A stretch of 64,000 bases of DNA from an uncultured Holophagales bacterium (lineage in GTDB: Bacteria; Acidobacteriota; Thermoanaerobaculia; Multivoradales; UBA5704): positions 512,001 to 576,000 of the forward strand of contig CAWJGT010000001.1 of the NCBI GenBank assembly GCA_963842525.1, given 5' to 3'. Below are positions 27,365 through 38,633 of this stretch, piece by piece (within the stretch, counting starts at the first letter, position 1; each line of letters starts with the position of its first letter). The notes beneath the pieces are model-generated. The model was not told the origin of the DNA. It made no database searches and saw nothing but the letters and a program-made list of their open reading frames with translations. A program made the translations under genes and the position numbers.

Positions 27365-29608
27365 GTGATCGGCCAGACAGTCTCGCATTACCGAATCGTC
27401 GAGAAGCTCGGCACCGGGGGCATGGGCGTGGTGTATCGTGCCGAGGATCTGCGCCTCCAGAGGTCCGTTGCCCTCAAGTTCCTCCATCCCGGCGCGCGCA
27501 GCGATGCCAAGGCGCGCGAGCGCTTCATGCGCGAGGCCCATTCGGCTTCGCGGCTGGACCACCCCAACCTCTGCACCATCTTCGCGGTCGAGACCTCCGA
27601 AGACGGGCAGATGTTCATCGCCATGGCCTACTACGAAGGGGAGACCCTGGGGCAAAGGCTGCGGCGGGGCCGCCTCGAGGTCCCTGAGACGATCGAGATC
27701 GTCCTCCAGGTCCTGGCCGGCCTCGCATATGCGCACGAGGAGCGGGTCTATCACCGCGACATCAAACCCTCCAACCTGATGATCACCCGCCGTGGCGAGG
27801 TGAAGATCCTCGACTTTGGCATCGCCCGCCCGGCCGAGGACACGGCGATCACCCAGCTCGGCATGGCGGTGGGGACCCTGCCGTACATGTCTCCCGAGCA
27901 GTCGATGGGCCGCGAGGTGGACCAGCGGACCGACCTCTGGGCGGTTGGGGTTCTCCTGTGCGAGATGCTCACCGGGGAACGCCCTTTCCGCGGTGGCAAT
28001 ACCACGATGCGGCGCTCGATCCTCGAAGCGAGCCCAGAGCCGGTCACGGACCTTTCCACCCGGGACCTCGCCCTGCTCCAGCCGGTCATCACCAGGGCGC
28101 TCGCCAAGGACCCGGGGCAGCGCTATCAGAACGCCCGGGAGATGCGCGATCATCTCCTCCAGGTGCGGAGCGTCGCCAACTCGACCGTGGGCAGCCAGGC
28201 GGCTGCGCCTCTCCAGCCCTCGATCGCGGTCCTTCCCTTTTCGGATCTCAGCTCGGAGCGCGATCAGGAGTACTTCTGTGCGGGCTTGAGCGAGGAGCTG
28301 ATCAGCGCCTTGGCGCGCCTGGAGGGGCTGCGCGTGGCTTCGCGCACCTCCGCGTTCCAGTACAAGGACCGGGCGGTGGACGTCCGGGTGATTGGCCAGC
28401 AGCTCAATGTGCGGACCGTGCTCGAGGGGAGCGTCCGCAAGGCCGGCAACCGTCTCCGGATCACGGTCCAGCTCACGGACGTGGACGCCGGCTATGGCCT
28501 CTGGGCGGGGCGGTACGACCGCGAGATGGAGGACATCTTCGCGGTGCAGGAGGAGATCGCGGAGAGCATCGCGGCCACGCTGCGGGAGACGTTCTCCATT
28601 CCGATGAAGGGGGCTGCCGCGCGGTCGCGGACCGGCAGCGTCGAGTCCTATCACGCCTACCTCCGCGGCAGGTATTTCTGGAACAAGCGGACGGAGGATG
28701 ACATCCTCAAGGGAATCCGCTGTTTCAACGAGGCCGTCGAGTCCGATCCTGGATTTGCGCTGCCGTATGCCGGGCTTGCCGACTCCTACGTCCTCCTCGG
28801 GCTCTACGGCGCCGCGCCGCCGAGCGAGGTGATGCCGCGCGGGCGCGAGGCTGCGGTCCGTGCGCTCGAGCTGGACCGGACGCTGGCCGAAGCGCACACC
28901 TCGCTGGGCTGCATCAGCTCGCTGTACGACTGGAACTGGGCCAAGGCGCGGGAGAGCTTCCGGCGCGCGATCGAGCTCGCTCCCGGCTATGCGACGGCGC
29001 ACCAGTGGTATGCGATGGATTACCTGACCCCTCTCCGGCAGTTCGAGCGGGCGGCCTCCGAGCTGCGGATCGCCCAGGAGCTCGATCCCCTTTCGCTGCC
29101 GGTCCTCTGCAGCATCGCCATCCAGCGCTTCTACATGCGGGACTATGCCGCCGCCATTGCGCAGTGCCGGCAGGCGCTCGAGGTGGATCCCGAGTTCGCG
29201 ACCGCCCGCCTCTTCCTGGGGTTGAGCCATGTGCAGCAGGAGCGGTACGGGGAGGCGATCTCCGCGCTGCAGGCCGCGGCGGCGCTCGAGGAGAGCGACG
29301 AAGCCCTGGCCGACCTCGGCTATGCCTATGCCCGGGCGGGAGAGGTTCGGCAGTCGCGGAAGATCCTCGATCAGCTCGTCGAGCGCGCGCCGAAGCGATA
29401 TGTCTCTTCGGCCCTGATCGCGCAGGTCCATGCGGGGCTCGGGGAGGCGGGTCCGGCCCTGGAGAGGCTGGAGCGCGCCTGCGAGGAGCGGGCCACCGAG
29501 CTGGCGTGGCTCCAGGTCCGCCCCTTCTTCGATCCGTTGCGTGAGGATCCCCGGTTCGTCGCCCTGCTGTCCCGTCTCGGCTTCGAGGACGGCCGAACGT
29601 CGGCATGA
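27365..29608 (+). CDS. Ser/Thr protein kinase with TolB-N-like (SIAVLPF) domain and TPRs
   Basis: LGTGGMGVVY, VALK, HRDIKPSN, DFG, YMSPEQ; SIAVLPF..YFCAGL..EGSVRK; C-terminal TPRs. Confidence 0.93.
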   Translation: MIGQTVSHYRIVEKLGTGGMGVVYRAEDLRLQRSVALKFLHPGARSDAKARERFMREAHSASRLDHPNLCTIFAVETSEDGQMFIAMAYYEGETLGQRLRRGRLEVPETIEIVLQVLAGLAYAHEERVYHRDIKPSNLMITRRGEVKILDFGIARPAEDTAITQLGMAVGTLPYMSPEQSMGREVDQRTDLWAVGVLLCEMLTGERPFRGGNTTMRRSILEASPEPVTDLSTRDLALLQPVITRALAKDPGQRYQNAREMRDHLLQVRSVANSTVGSQAAAPLQPSIAVLPFSDLSSERDQEYFCAGLSEELISALARLEGLRVASRTSAFQYKDRAVDVRVIGQQLNVRTVLEGSVRKAGNRLRITVQLTDVDAGYGLWAGRYDREMEDIFAVQEEIAESIAATLRETFSIPMKGAAARSRTGSVESYHAYLRGRYFWNKRTEDDILKGIRCFNEAVESDPGFALPYAGLADSYVLLGLYGAAPPSEVMPRGREAAVRALELDRTLAEAHTSLGCISSLYDWNWAKARESFRRAIELAPGYATAHQWYAMDYLTPLRQFERAASELRIAQELDPLSLPVLCSIAIQRFYMRDYAAAIAQCRQALEVDPEFATARLFLGLSHVQQERYGEAISALQAAAALEESDEALADLGYAYARAGEVRQSRKILDQLVERAPKRYVSSALIAQVHAGLGEAGPALERLERACEERATELAWLQVRPFFDPLREDPRFVALLSRLGFEDGRTSA

Positions 29609-29624
29609 AGGTGTCCGGCAGCTC

Positions 29625-31244
29625 GTGAAGGGCTTCCCCCTGCCATCCCGCTGGCACCGCCGGGGCGGTCGTCTGCTTCTGGCCGGCTTTCTCCTCACCT
29701 TCGCCCTTGCCGGTGTCGCAGCCGTGTGGCTCCGCGGCGGCGCTGTTCCCCCCGAGGGGCGCCGGCCCTTCCTGGTGGTGGGCATCGACGGCGGCGAGTG
29801 GAAGGTGGTGCGCCGCCTCTGGTCGGAGGGGAAGCTCCCCCACCTGAAGGACATCGCCGACCGGGGTGTCACAGCAACGCTGCGGACGGCCTACAACTCC
29901 TCTCCGGTCATCTGGACGACCGTGGCCACAGGGGTGACGCCGCGCGAGCATGGGATCACCGATTTCGTGGTGCCGACGCCGCAGGGGGACGTGCCGATCT
30001 CTTCGGACGTGCGCAAGGTGCCGGCGCTCTGGAACATGCTGTCCAAGGTGGGGCGCCGGGTGGCGGTGCTCGGCTGGTGGGGCTCGTGGCCCGCCGAGGA
30101 GGTCAACGGCGTGGTGGTGAGCGACCGGGCCCTGCTGGACCTGGAGAGGAGGGTCTATCCGTCCTCGACCCTGCCGCGGTTCCTGGAGGATGTGCGCGAG
30201 GCGGGGGCCGCCCCGGGCCTGTTCCGGGTCGACGAGGAGGCGCAGCTCCGGGATGCGGCCATGGCACGCACGGCGGAGCGCCTTGCCGGCGAGGGATACG
30301 ACCTCCTCCTCGTCTACTTCCGCAGCCCCGACATGGTCAGCCACGGCGACTGGAAGTACTTCGAGCCGGAGGAGTTCCCCGGCATCGACCCGGCCGAGCT
30401 CGCCGCCAGCCGCGACCGGGTGCCGCGCGTCTACGAGGCCGTCGACGAGGCGCTCGGCCGCATCCTCGATGCCGGGCCGCGCGGGGTCAATGTCGTCGTC
30501 CTGTCGGATCACGGCTTTCATGCCGCCAGCCCGGAGCAGGTGAAGGTGGTCCTGGACATGGATGCCGTCCTGGAGAGGCTCGGCTATCTTGCGCGGCGCG
30601 GGCGCGGCGTCGACTTCTCAAGGACCCGGGTCTACTCCTACGGTTCGCCGTCGTTCCGCCGGGCCAGGTTTCTCCGCTTCGCGCTCGCGGGCCGGGAGCC
30701 AGGGGGGCGGGTGCGTCCTCCCGACCGGGAGGAGATCCGCCGGCGGATCGCCGCGGACCTGGCGACGGTCACCTACGAGAGCGGTGCGCCGATCTTCCAC
30801 GTGCGGGATGCGCGCCCCCGGGAGGTCCGGCAGGGGGCGGACTTCGTGGTCGGCGTCTCGCCGGACCGCGCCACGCGAGTGCTGCTGGTCCAGGGAGAGC
30901 GCTTCTCGGGGGCCGTGTCGGAGATCGAACGGATCTCCGGTACGCATACGACCACGACGCACGGCTTCTTCTTCGCGGCGGGCCCTGACATCGATCCGGA
31001 GGCGAAGGTCGAGGGGATCCACATCCACGACATTGCGCCGACACTCCTCTACGGGCTCGGCCTTCCGGTCGCCGAGAATTTCGCGGGCCGGGCCTGGACG
31101 GAGCTCTACACCAAGGAGATCCGGGAGGCGCGCCCCCTGCGGACCATCCGTTCCTGGGGTGTGCGGAGGGGCGGTGGCGCTCGGACCTCCGGAGCCGACG
31201 AAAAGCTGCTGGAGGAGCTGCGGGCGTTGGGTTATCTGAACTGA
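29625..31244 (+). CDS. Alkaline phosphatase superfamily / type I phosphodiesterase-nucleotide pyrophosphatase
   Basis: VVGIDG, SPVIWTTVATG, PDMVSH, LSDHGF, DIAPTLL, LRALGYL; N-terminal TM. Start uncertain. Confidence 0.85.
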   Translation: MKGFPLPSRWHRRGGRLLLAGFLLTFALAGVAAVWLRGGAVPPEGRRPFLVVGIDGGEWKVVRRLWSEGKLPHLKDIADRGVTATLRTAYNSSPVIWTTVATGVTPREHGITDFVVPTPQGDVPISSDVRKVPALWNMLSKVGRRVAVLGWWGSWPAEEVNGVVVSDRALLDLERRVYPSSTLPRFLEDVREAGAAPGLFRVDEEAQLRDAAMARTAERLAGEGYDLLLVYFRSPDMVSHGDWKYFEPEEFPGIDPAELAASRDRVPRVYEAVDEALGRILDAGPRGVNVVVLSDHGFHAASPEQVKVVLDMDAVLERLGYLARRGRGVDFSRTRVYSYGSPSFRRARFLRFALAGREPGGRVRPPDREEIRRRIAADLATVTYESGAPIFHVRDARPREVRQGADFVVGVSPDRATRVLLVQGERFSGAVSEIERISGTHTTTTHGFFFAAGPDIDPEAKVEGIHIHDIAPTLLYGLGLPVAENFAGRAWTELYTKEIREARPLRTIRSWGVRRGGGARTSGADEKLLEELRALGYLN

Positions 31245-31311
31245 GTTCCTCCCTCCTCTGCCCTGGCATCCGCCTTGCGAACACTCCCTGCGTGGAGAAA
31301 AGGAGGGAGCG

Positions 31312-32862
31312 ATGAGCGGAAAGAGCGAGGGGACCTTGTGGGACGCGGGCGTGGAGATGCCCGTCTTTCCACCTCTCGAAGGGAATGCACGGGTCGACGT
31401 GGCGATCGTGGGGGGCGGAATCACCGGCCTGACGGCGGCCCGGCTGCTGGTCCGCGAGGGTAGGCGGGTGGCGGTCCTCGACCAGGGACGGATCGGCAGC
31501 GGCACGACCGGGGGCACGAGCGCGCACGTCACCCAGGTGCCGGACCGCCGGTACAAGGAGCTGGCCTCCAAATTCGGCCGCGATGCCATGCGCACGGTCG
31601 TCGAGTCCTCGCGGGTGGCGCTCGACCGGATCGCCTCGCTGGTCGAGGAGGACGGGATCGACTGCGACTTCGTCCGCATCCCCGCCTGGCTCTACACCGA
31701 GTCGGAGGACGAGGTCTCCGGCCTGGAGGAGGAGGCCCGGATCGCCCGGGAGGCCGGCGTGCGCGCGGAGCTGGTGCGCGACGTGCCGTTGCCGTTCCCC
31801 GTGGCCGCGGCCATACGCTTCGAGGGCCAAGCCCGCTTCCATCCGCTATCCCACCTCGCTTCCCTGGCCCGGACGGTGGTGGCGCACGGAGGCCGGATCT
31901 ACGAGGACACCCGGGTTGTCGCGGTCCACGGCGGCGGCCATGGTGATGACAAGAACGAGCCCTGCCGGGTCGAGACCGAGCGCGGCGACGTCCTGGCCGA
32001 CACCGTGCTCTTCGCCACCCACACGCCGGCCGGGTTCTCGCTCCTGCATGCCGAGATCGAGCCGTTCCGCTCCTATGTGATGACCGTGCGGCTGCGCGGC
32101 GAGGAGCCGCCCGACGGCCTCTTCTTCGACACCGCCGATCCCTACAACTACACGCGCATGCAGCCCACCCCGGAGGGTCCGGTCCTGATCGTCGGCGGGA
32201 AGGACACCAAGACGGGGGACGAGCACGAGGAGGAGAGCTACCGGGCCCTCGAGGCCTACATCCGCCAGCGCTGGGACGTCGAGTCGATCGAGCATCGCTG
32301 GTCGGCCCAATTCTACGAGCCGCCGGACGGGCTGCCGCTGATCGGCGGCGCCCTGACCTCGCCGCGGGTGTTCGTCGCCACCGGCTACTCGGGGACCGGT
32401 CTGGTGTTCGGCACTCTGGGCGGCATGCTGCTGGCCGACTTCGCGATGGACCGCGACAACCCCTGGGCCGAGGTCTACCGCACCTCGCGCTTCAAGCCGC
32501 TCGCCGGCGGCCCCCAGGTGGCGAAGCTCGGCTTCGAGGTCGCCACCCGGTTTGTCAAGGACCGGGTGACGGTCCCGAAGGTGGGTGACCTGTCGGAGGT
32601 ACCGGTCGGGGAAGGGCGGGTGGTCGAGATCGGCGGCGAGCGGGTGGCGGTCTACCGCGAGGAGGGCGGCGCGGTTCATGCGGTGTCGCCCGTCTGCACC
32701 CACGCCTTTTGCATCGTGCATTGGAACGCGGCCGAGAAGAGCTGGGACTGCCCCTGCCACGGCGGCCGGTTCCAGCCGGACGGCTCGGTGATCGAGGGGC
32801 CGCCGGTGAAGGGGCTGGAGCCGGTGGCGATCGAGTCTCTGACCGCCACCGGGCAGCGGTAG
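31312..32862 (+). CDS. FAD-dependent oxidoreductase with C-terminal Rieske 2Fe-2S domain (YhfW-like)
   Basis: DVAIVGGGITG; CTH...WDCPCHG. Confidence 0.93.
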   Translation: MSGKSEGTLWDAGVEMPVFPPLEGNARVDVAIVGGGITGLTAARLLVREGRRVAVLDQGRIGSGTTGGTSAHVTQVPDRRYKELASKFGRDAMRTVVESSRVALDRIASLVEEDGIDCDFVRIPAWLYTESEDEVSGLEEEARIAREAGVRAELVRDVPLPFPVAAAIRFEGQARFHPLSHLASLARTVVAHGGRIYEDTRVVAVHGGGHGDDKNEPCRVETERGDVLADTVLFATHTPAGFSLLHAEIEPFRSYVMTVRLRGEEPPDGLFFDTADPYNYTRMQPTPEGPVLIVGGKDTKTGDEHEEESYRALEAYIRQRWDVESIEHRWSAQFYEPPDGLPLIGGALTSPRVFVATGYSGTGLVFGTLGGMLLADFAMDRDNPWAEVYRTSRFKPLAGGPQVAKLGFEVATRFVKDRVTVPKVGDLSEVPVGEGRVVEIGGERVAVYREEGGAVHAVSPVCTHAFCIVHWNAAEKSWDCPCHGGRFQPDGSVIEGPPVKGLEPVAIESLTATGQR

Positions 32863-32875
32863 GGTACTCGTCTGG

Positions 32876-32920
32876 CTCCCTCTCCCCCGGTACCGGGGGA
32901 GAGGCTGGGGTGAGGGGGGA
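32876..32920. repeat. REP-like palindrome between convergent genes
   Basis: ctctcccccggtaccgggggagag perfect palindrome plus ggggtgaggg tail; related to the CCCTCACCCC..CCCTCTCCC..GGGAGAGGG elements in the prophage. Confidence 0.75.
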
Positions 32921-32925
32921 CGGGA

Positions 32926-34269
32926 TCAATCCTTCCAGATCGTCTTCCACCAGGGCTCGTCGTCCTCGGCGGCGGGCCCGCTCGCCTTCAGGTTCATCCG
33001 GCCGCGGATCTTGTTGATGTCCCAGCCGGTAAGCTTGGCCAGCGTCTGGGCCTGCTCGTCCAGGCGGTGCGGCAGATCCCGGCGGTATGCGGCGGCCTGC
33101 GGACAGCTATCGTTTCCCTTCCAAGGATGGCGCAGGATGTAGCGTCCCTGGAAGGTGGTGCGGTCCCCGGTCTCCTGGAACACGAGGTCCTCGGGGAAGT
33201 GGGCCGCGTCGTAGCGCACGTGGAGCCGGGAGAGGAAGACGTCCTGCGCGCCTCCGGGCATGTCCGGGCGCGGGCTTTTGCGCTCGATCCAGAAGACGCC
33301 CAGCTCGCGCAGCTCGTCGCTCGACAGCGGATCGGCGGCGCAGGGGTCGCACCAGGCCATGTCCCAGGCGTATTCGAGGAAGACCACGCGCATGTCCTCC
33401 TTCTGCACCTGCCGCGCGAACATCGCGCTGATAGAAGTCGGCGAACTCCTCCTTGACGAAGAGCGGGACCTCGGCGTCCGAGGGCAGGCGGACCGTGCGG
33501 TAGTTGGTGGTCTCGACGCGCCCCTTGCGGGTCAGGGCGTAGACGAACAGCTCCTGCGGGCCGTCGGCGTTGACCATGCCGAGGCGGATGGGGAGCATGA
33601 ACTTGGGCGATCTCGTAGGCGACCTGGATCGGCCGCAGGTAGGTGAAGCCGAGCTTCGACTGCTCCTTCAGGTTCACCTTGGCGACGAAGAACCGCATCC
33701 CCTGCTTGAGGTAGCTGCCGAGCACCTTCGAGGCCCCGGCGGGGACGCGGTAGCCGCTCTCGCGCAGCCAAGTCTCCAGCCCTGTGCTCTGCGTGGCCGA
33801 GAGGATCAGGATGTCGTACTCGCCCACCGTGTAGCTGGCCTCGATCGTCACCCCCAGGCTCTTCGCCCGGTCGGCGGCGCCGCCGGCCGCAGCCGACATC
33901 TGGGGAGCGGCCTGCCGCGACTCGTAGAGCACGGTCCTGCACGGATTCTCGTCGAAGTACTCGACCAGCCGCGGCGCCGAGTAGGCGTCCAGGTGGTCGA
34001 GCAGAGCCTTCTCCGCGACGTGGATCTGCTCCCTCTGGATGAAGGTCGGCACCGGGATGACGACGGCGAACTCCTTCGGGTCTCCCTTGAAGTCGTTGGC
34101 CATGGTCAGGACGGTCCGGTCGCCGTCGCGCACCAGGACGACCTGCGAGGCCTTGTTGAAGAGCTTCGTGTCGGCCTTGGCCACGTAGAAGCCGCAGAAG
34201 CCCAGGGCGGTGCGCGCGGTCACGATCATGAGGGCCGCGGTCAGACAGAGAAAAGGCGAGCCGTTTCAC
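32926..34269 (-). pseudogene. DUF2330 family protein with three apparent +1 frameshifts (probably sequencing errors)
   Basis: FCGFYVAKAD..LFNKASQV, MLPIRLGMVNADGPQEL, EYAWDMAWCDPC lie in successive frames. Removing single bases at ~34252, ~33611 and ~33430 restores one ORF from GTG 34269. Confidence 0.8.
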
Positions 34270-35126
34270 AGGATTCTCCTTTCGTGCCGCCAGGCGTAGC
34301 GCTCCCCGGGCAGGAGCCGGTCGAGGAGCGGCACCACGGGGGAGAGGAAGGCCAGGGACAGGAGCAGCCCGTTGGGCCGGTAGAGGACGAAGTGGACGAA
34401 ACCGGCGCCGAGGGCGACCAGCAGGGCGAACAGGATCCGGCCGGCGCGGGAGTCGGGCGTGGTCCTGGGGTCGGAGATCATGAAGAAGGTGAAGATCAGG
34501 AACGCGCCGCTGCCGAGCTGGTGGAGCGGGATGGCCGTCGGCTGCCCGAGCCAGAGCGCCCGGCCGAAGAGGACGGCCAGGTAGAAGGCCAGGAAGGCCC
34601 AGGTGACGTCGCTCCGGGCCGCCCGGTTCACCACCAGGCCTCCCAGGCAGGCGACGAGGAAGGCGAAGAACGCGGCGCTCCCCCACTGGCCGGGGGAGAC
34701 CCAGACCTGCCCGGTGGCGAGCATCATGGCGACGATGCCGAAGTTGGTCGGGTTGAACAGATGCTTGCCGCGCCAGCGGATCACGAACTTGCTGGCGATG
34801 GTCACGGCCGCCGCGACGAAGGCGAGGAGGAGCGAGCCCGTCCGCAGCAGCAGGCAGAGCGACAGCCCCGAGATCAGGGCGCTCCGCGGGTCGAACGCCG
34901 GGAGCCGCCAGAGCCGCGTGCAGGCATACTGGGTGAGCAGGGCGGTGGCGAGGAGGGCCGCCGCCTGGAGGGGATGCACCTCGAGGTCGAGCCGGGTGAC
35001 CCCGTAGATCAGGAGCGAGGCGAGGACGGCGATCTGGTAGAGCCGCGGGTCGCGGAGCGGGCGCAGGCGGGCGCTGGCCGCGGTCGCAGTGTTGGGATGG
35101 GGGGTGGCGAGGATCGTCGACGTCAT
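34266..35126 (-). CDS. RnfD/NqrB-like membrane protein
   Basis: DPRLYQI, SALISGLSL, KHLFNPTNFG, FFMISDPRTTP; overlaps the DUF2330 start. Confidence 0.85.
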   Translation of the reverse strand: MTSTILATPHPNTATAASARLRPLRDPRLYQIAVLASLLIYGVTRLDLEVHPLQAAALLATALLTQYACTRLWRLPAFDPRSALISGLSLCLLLRTGSLLLAFVAAAVTIASKFVIRWRGKHLFNPTNFGIVAMMLATGQVWVSPGQWGSAAFFAFLVACLGGLVVNRAARSDVTWAFLAFYLAVLFGRALWLGQPTAIPLHQLGSGAFLIFTFFMISDPRTTPDSRAGRILFALLVALGAGFVHFVLYRPNGLLLSLAFLSPVVPLLDRLLPGERYAWRHERRIL

Positions 35127-35261
35127 CGGGGCAGCTCCTCGGACCCTTATTAGACACGCCGAGCCTGGGAAAAGAAACCGGCCTGCGAGGGGACACCCGC
35201 AACGGATTCCAGGTTAGAATCGTATGCACAAGCATCGACCAACGGAGTGAGGTTTTTCCCG

Positions 35262-36537
35262 ATGCCAAGAAATGAAGCACGTCTGCTGTCCACACTGGCC
35301 TTCTTGCTCGTCTCGTTCGTCTCGACATCCGCCTGGGCCGGAACCCTGCCGCTAGGACCCAAGATCAACGTCAACGTCTGCACGACGTTCACCTGCTCGG
35401 TCTCTTCGCCGGCGGTCGCGGGGGCCGCATCCGGCGCCTTCGCGTTCGCCTGGGAGGGGACCAGCGCGGCCGATCCCCAGGGGATCTCCGGCCGTTTCTT
35501 CACCAAGACGGCGGCTCCCCGCGCGATCGTCCTGGTGAACAAGGACAAGCCCGCTCAGCAGTACGACACGGCGATCGCCGCGGACCGCGGGGGCAACTAC
35601 GTCGTGGTGTGGTCCGAGGTGAACGGGAACAACAGCGACATCGTGGCGCAAAGGGTCAATCCCGCCGGTGCGGCGATCGGCGCCCTCGTCCGGGTCAGCG
35701 CCGACCCTCCCGGTTCGCCGGTGGCTCCCGCGGACCTCGAGCCGGCGGTCGCCACCACGGCGGACGGCGGTTTCGTGGTCGCCTGGATCCGGGTGATCCC
35801 GCCCAGCGGGAAGCTCACCGGGCTCGCTGCCCGACATCCTGGTGCGCCGGTTCAGCAAGACCGGGGCTCCGACCGGGGCGCCGGTGAAGATCAGCACCGG
35901 CCTGGTCCGCGGCACGACGCCGGACCTGTGCGTCGACAGCTCCGGCCGGGAGGTCGTGGCCTGGATCACGGTGAACGAGAACGTGCCGTTCAAGCCGAAC
36001 AAGAAGGGCGTCGCTCTGCGGCGGCTCTCGGCGAAGAACGCTCCTCTCGGCAATACGCTCGTGGTGGCCCAGCCGCTGGCCACGGAGTCCGAGGTCGCGC
36101 TCTCCTGCGGGACCGGCGGCTCGTTCGTGGCCGTCTGGACGAGCGACCTGCCTTCGGGGGCGTCCGGCCCGATCGGAGTCGTGGGGCAGCGGTTCGACCA
36201 GGCCGGGAAGCGGGTGGGAGGGGTCTTCCAGGTCAACAGCGACGCCACAGGGGAGCAGACCTCGCCCGCTCTCTCGCACGATGCGGCGGGGAATTTCGTC
36301 GCAGTCTGGCGGACTCATTCGACCGTGGGCGAGAAGATCGCCGGACGCCGCTTCCGCTCCACCGGTGCGCCGGACGGTGCGGAGCTCACGGTGCACGCGC
36401 GGACCGCGCCGGAGGGGAGGCTCTTCCGGCCGGACGTGGCCCACATGGGCCCCGGCGGAGGGTTCGTCGTGATCTGGCAGGAGGAGAGCTTCGCCACGTT
36501 CGCCCAGCGCTTCCAGGCGACGGCGGCGCGGCGCTAG
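35262..36537 (+). CDS. Secreted beta-propeller-like repeat protein (one frameshift near 35822)
   Basis: Signal peptide; repeated P-AVA...G.FVVAW...I..QRF...G units continue across ORFs 35247 and 35842. Confidence 0.75.
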
Positions 36538-37323
36538 CTACAACGAACGCCCGGCGGGCGTGCGGCCGGCCGGTGTTCGCCCAGCCACCAGGGCGGTGAC
36601 GGCCGCCGCTCCGGCCTGCCGGAGGACGGCGGCCGCGGCCTCCAGCGTCGCGCCGGTGGTGGCCACGTCGTCGACCAGCAGCAGGTGGAGGGAGCGGACC
36701 CGTGCACCGCGCCGGACGTGGAAGGCGCCGTGGAGGTTGGCGAGCCGTCCCATCCTGCCCAGGGAGGTCTGCGGCGGCGTGGCACGGACCCTCCGGAGGA
36801 CCGGCATGAGCGGCAGGCCGAGGCGGGCGGCCAGGGCGCTGGCGATTTGCTCGGCCTGGTTGTAGCCGCGCAACAGCCGGCGGCGCCAGTGGAGCGGCAC
36901 GGGGATCACGGCGTCGAAGCCGGCGAGCTCGCTTCCCCACCGGTCCGCCAGCACTTCGCCGAGATGCCGCCCCAGGTAGTCGAGCCGCCGGAACTTGAGC
37001 GCCTGGACGACCGCCGGCAGCGGATCTTCGTAGCTCCACAGCGCGAGCAGGCGATCGAAGGCCGGCGGATGCTCCCGGCAGGAGGCGCAGGTCCCGCCGG
37101 GCAGCTCGATGCCCGTGCCGCAGATCGGGCAGGCGTCGGCCGGGACTGGCCGCAGCCGTGCGCGGCAGGCCCGGCAGAGCCCCAGGGCCACCCCTGTCGC
37201 GGGCAGCGGCTCGCCGCAGCCGAGACAGGGCGCGGGGAGGAGGACGTGGAGCAGCCGGTCGCGCCATCGTGGGAGCGGCGGCGTGACGCCGGAGGGTCCC
37301 TCTTCGTATAACCGTGCAGCCAT
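36538..37323 (-). CDS. comF: ComF family protein (double zinc ribbon + phosphoribosyltransferase)
   Basis: Four CxxC, PVPLH..R...RGYNQA, LLVDDVATTGAT. Confidence 0.92.
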   Translation of the reverse strand: MAARLYEEGPSGVTPPLPRWRDRLLHVLLPAPCLGCGEPLPATGVALGLCRACRARLRPVPADACPICGTGIELPGGTCASCREHPPAFDRLLALWSYEDPLPAVVQALKFRRLDYLGRHLGEVLADRWGSELAGFDAVIPVPLHWRRRLLRGYNQAEQIASALAARLGLPLMPVLRRVRATPPQTSLGRMGRLANLHGAFHVRRGARVRSLHLLLVDDVATTGATLEAAAAVLRQAGAAAVTALVAGRTPAGRTPAGRSL

Positions 37324-37391
37324 GACCGGTGTGGCGTGCCGGAAGGCTATACTCGCCGGCGTGGCGGCCACGGCCGCAAAGGAGGGGGATC

Positions 37392-37946
37392 TTGAAGCAT
37401 CATCACCATCGCCTGCTGGGACTTGCGCTGGCCTGCGCCGCGCTCCTGCTGCCGGGCGCCGCCAGCGCCCAGGAGCGGTACAACTACACCGTCGGGGCCC
37501 TCGGCGGGATCGGCGGCTCGATCGACGTCGACCGCGGCGACGACCTCGCCAACACCGGCTATCAGCTCAACCTGACGATGATCACCGAGCCCAGGACGCA
37601 CGTGGGATTCCGCCTCGGCAAGCTCGCTCTCGACGGCGAGGAATTCTTCGGCTCGCTCCGCGAGGCCGAGCTCTCCTACGTGACGGTCGCCGGGGAATAC
37701 CGGTTCCGGCAGGCCTATTACGAATCCGGAGTCTACTTCGGGCTCGGGGGCTATCGCCTCGAAGGGATCGGAGGGGACGACCGGGACACCTCCGACACCT
37801 CGGTCGGCCTCGCCGTCGGCATCACCGGGGAGTTCAAGGTCAACCGGTGGCTCGGCGCGCTTGTGGAGATCTCGGGCCATTGGGCCGACTTCGACGAGGC
37901 GCAGATCTTCGCCATGGCCCATGGTGGCCTGGCGATCCATTTCTGA
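37392..37946 (+). CDS. Outer-membrane beta-barrel protein
   Basis: TTG start with GGAGG RBS, signal peptide, alternating beta strands, C-terminal Phe. Confidence 0.75.
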   Translation: MKHHHHRLLGLALACAALLLPGAASAQERYNYTVGALGGIGGSIDVDRGDDLANTGYQLNLTMITEPRTHVGFRLGKLALDGEEFFGSLREAELSYVTVAGEYRFRQAYYESGVYFGLGGYRLEGIGGDDRDTSDTSVGLAVGITGEFKVNRWLGALVEISGHWADFDEAQIFAMAHGGLAIHF

Positions 37947-38024
37947 GGCGCTGATCGGAGGACCTCTAGGGAAAGGGCGGCCGGCGGAGGTTTTCGGATC
38001 TTCGCGGCGATCTCGAGCAAGGGC

Positions 38025-38633
38025 TCACGGGCCGGAGCTCGATACCGCTGCGGTGCTGGCCGGCAGGGAGCGGAGATGGCTCGCCAGGCTCTCCCGGATG
38101 GCGGGGTCGTCCCAGTTGGTCATGCCGACGAACTTTTCGACGACCTCGCCGCGCACCACGAGATAGGTCTCGGGCAGCTTGTTGGTGCCGTAGCGGTTCG
38201 CCACGTCCCAATCCGGGTCGAACAGCACCATGTCCCAACCCGACCCGAGGAAGGACGTCACCTTGGGGATCGAGTCTGCTACCGCGACCATGACGACCGA
38301 GAAGTCCTCGTGGGGGTTGAAGTCCTTCGCCAGGCGCTGCAGCGCCGGGATCTCCTGGATGCAGGGCGGGCACCAGGTGGCCCAGAAGTGGACCAGCGAC
38401 ACCGGCGCGAGCTGCGGTCCCAGCGTGGCGGGCTGGCCGCCGGCGTCATAGAGGAAGCCGCCAGGCTCCTTGAAGGTGCGCCCGTCGCGCGGCCAGAAGA
38501 GCGCGGCGAGCGCGCAGACCCCGAGCGCGGCAACCAGCAGCTTCGCCTGGAGCCCCAGCCCTTGCGGCGATCCGGTCGTGGCGGGCAGGGCCGGGGCCGG
38601 TGTCATCGTGTCGGTCTTGGTCGTGGAATTCAT
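38025..38633 (-). CDS. TlpA family thiol-disulfide oxidoreductase
   Basis: HFWATWCPPCIQEIP, LPETYLV; N-terminal TM. Confidence 0.92.
   Translation of the reverse strand: MNSTTKTDTMTPAPALPATTGSPQGLGLQAKLLVAALGVCALAALFWPRDGRTFKEPGGFLYDAGGQPATLGPQLAPVSLVHFWATWCPPCIQEIPALQRLAKDFNPHEDFSVVMVAVADSIPKVTSFLGSGWDMVLFDPDWDVANRYGTNKLPETYLVVRGEVVEKFVGMTNWDDPAIRESLASHLRSLPASTAAVSSSGP

Noticed and set aside
27179-30521. Long antisense ORFs (897 aa, 535 aa) and similar shadow ORFs elsewhere
   Set aside because: They overlap well-supported genes on the opposite strand, lack motifs, and are expected in high-GC DNA.
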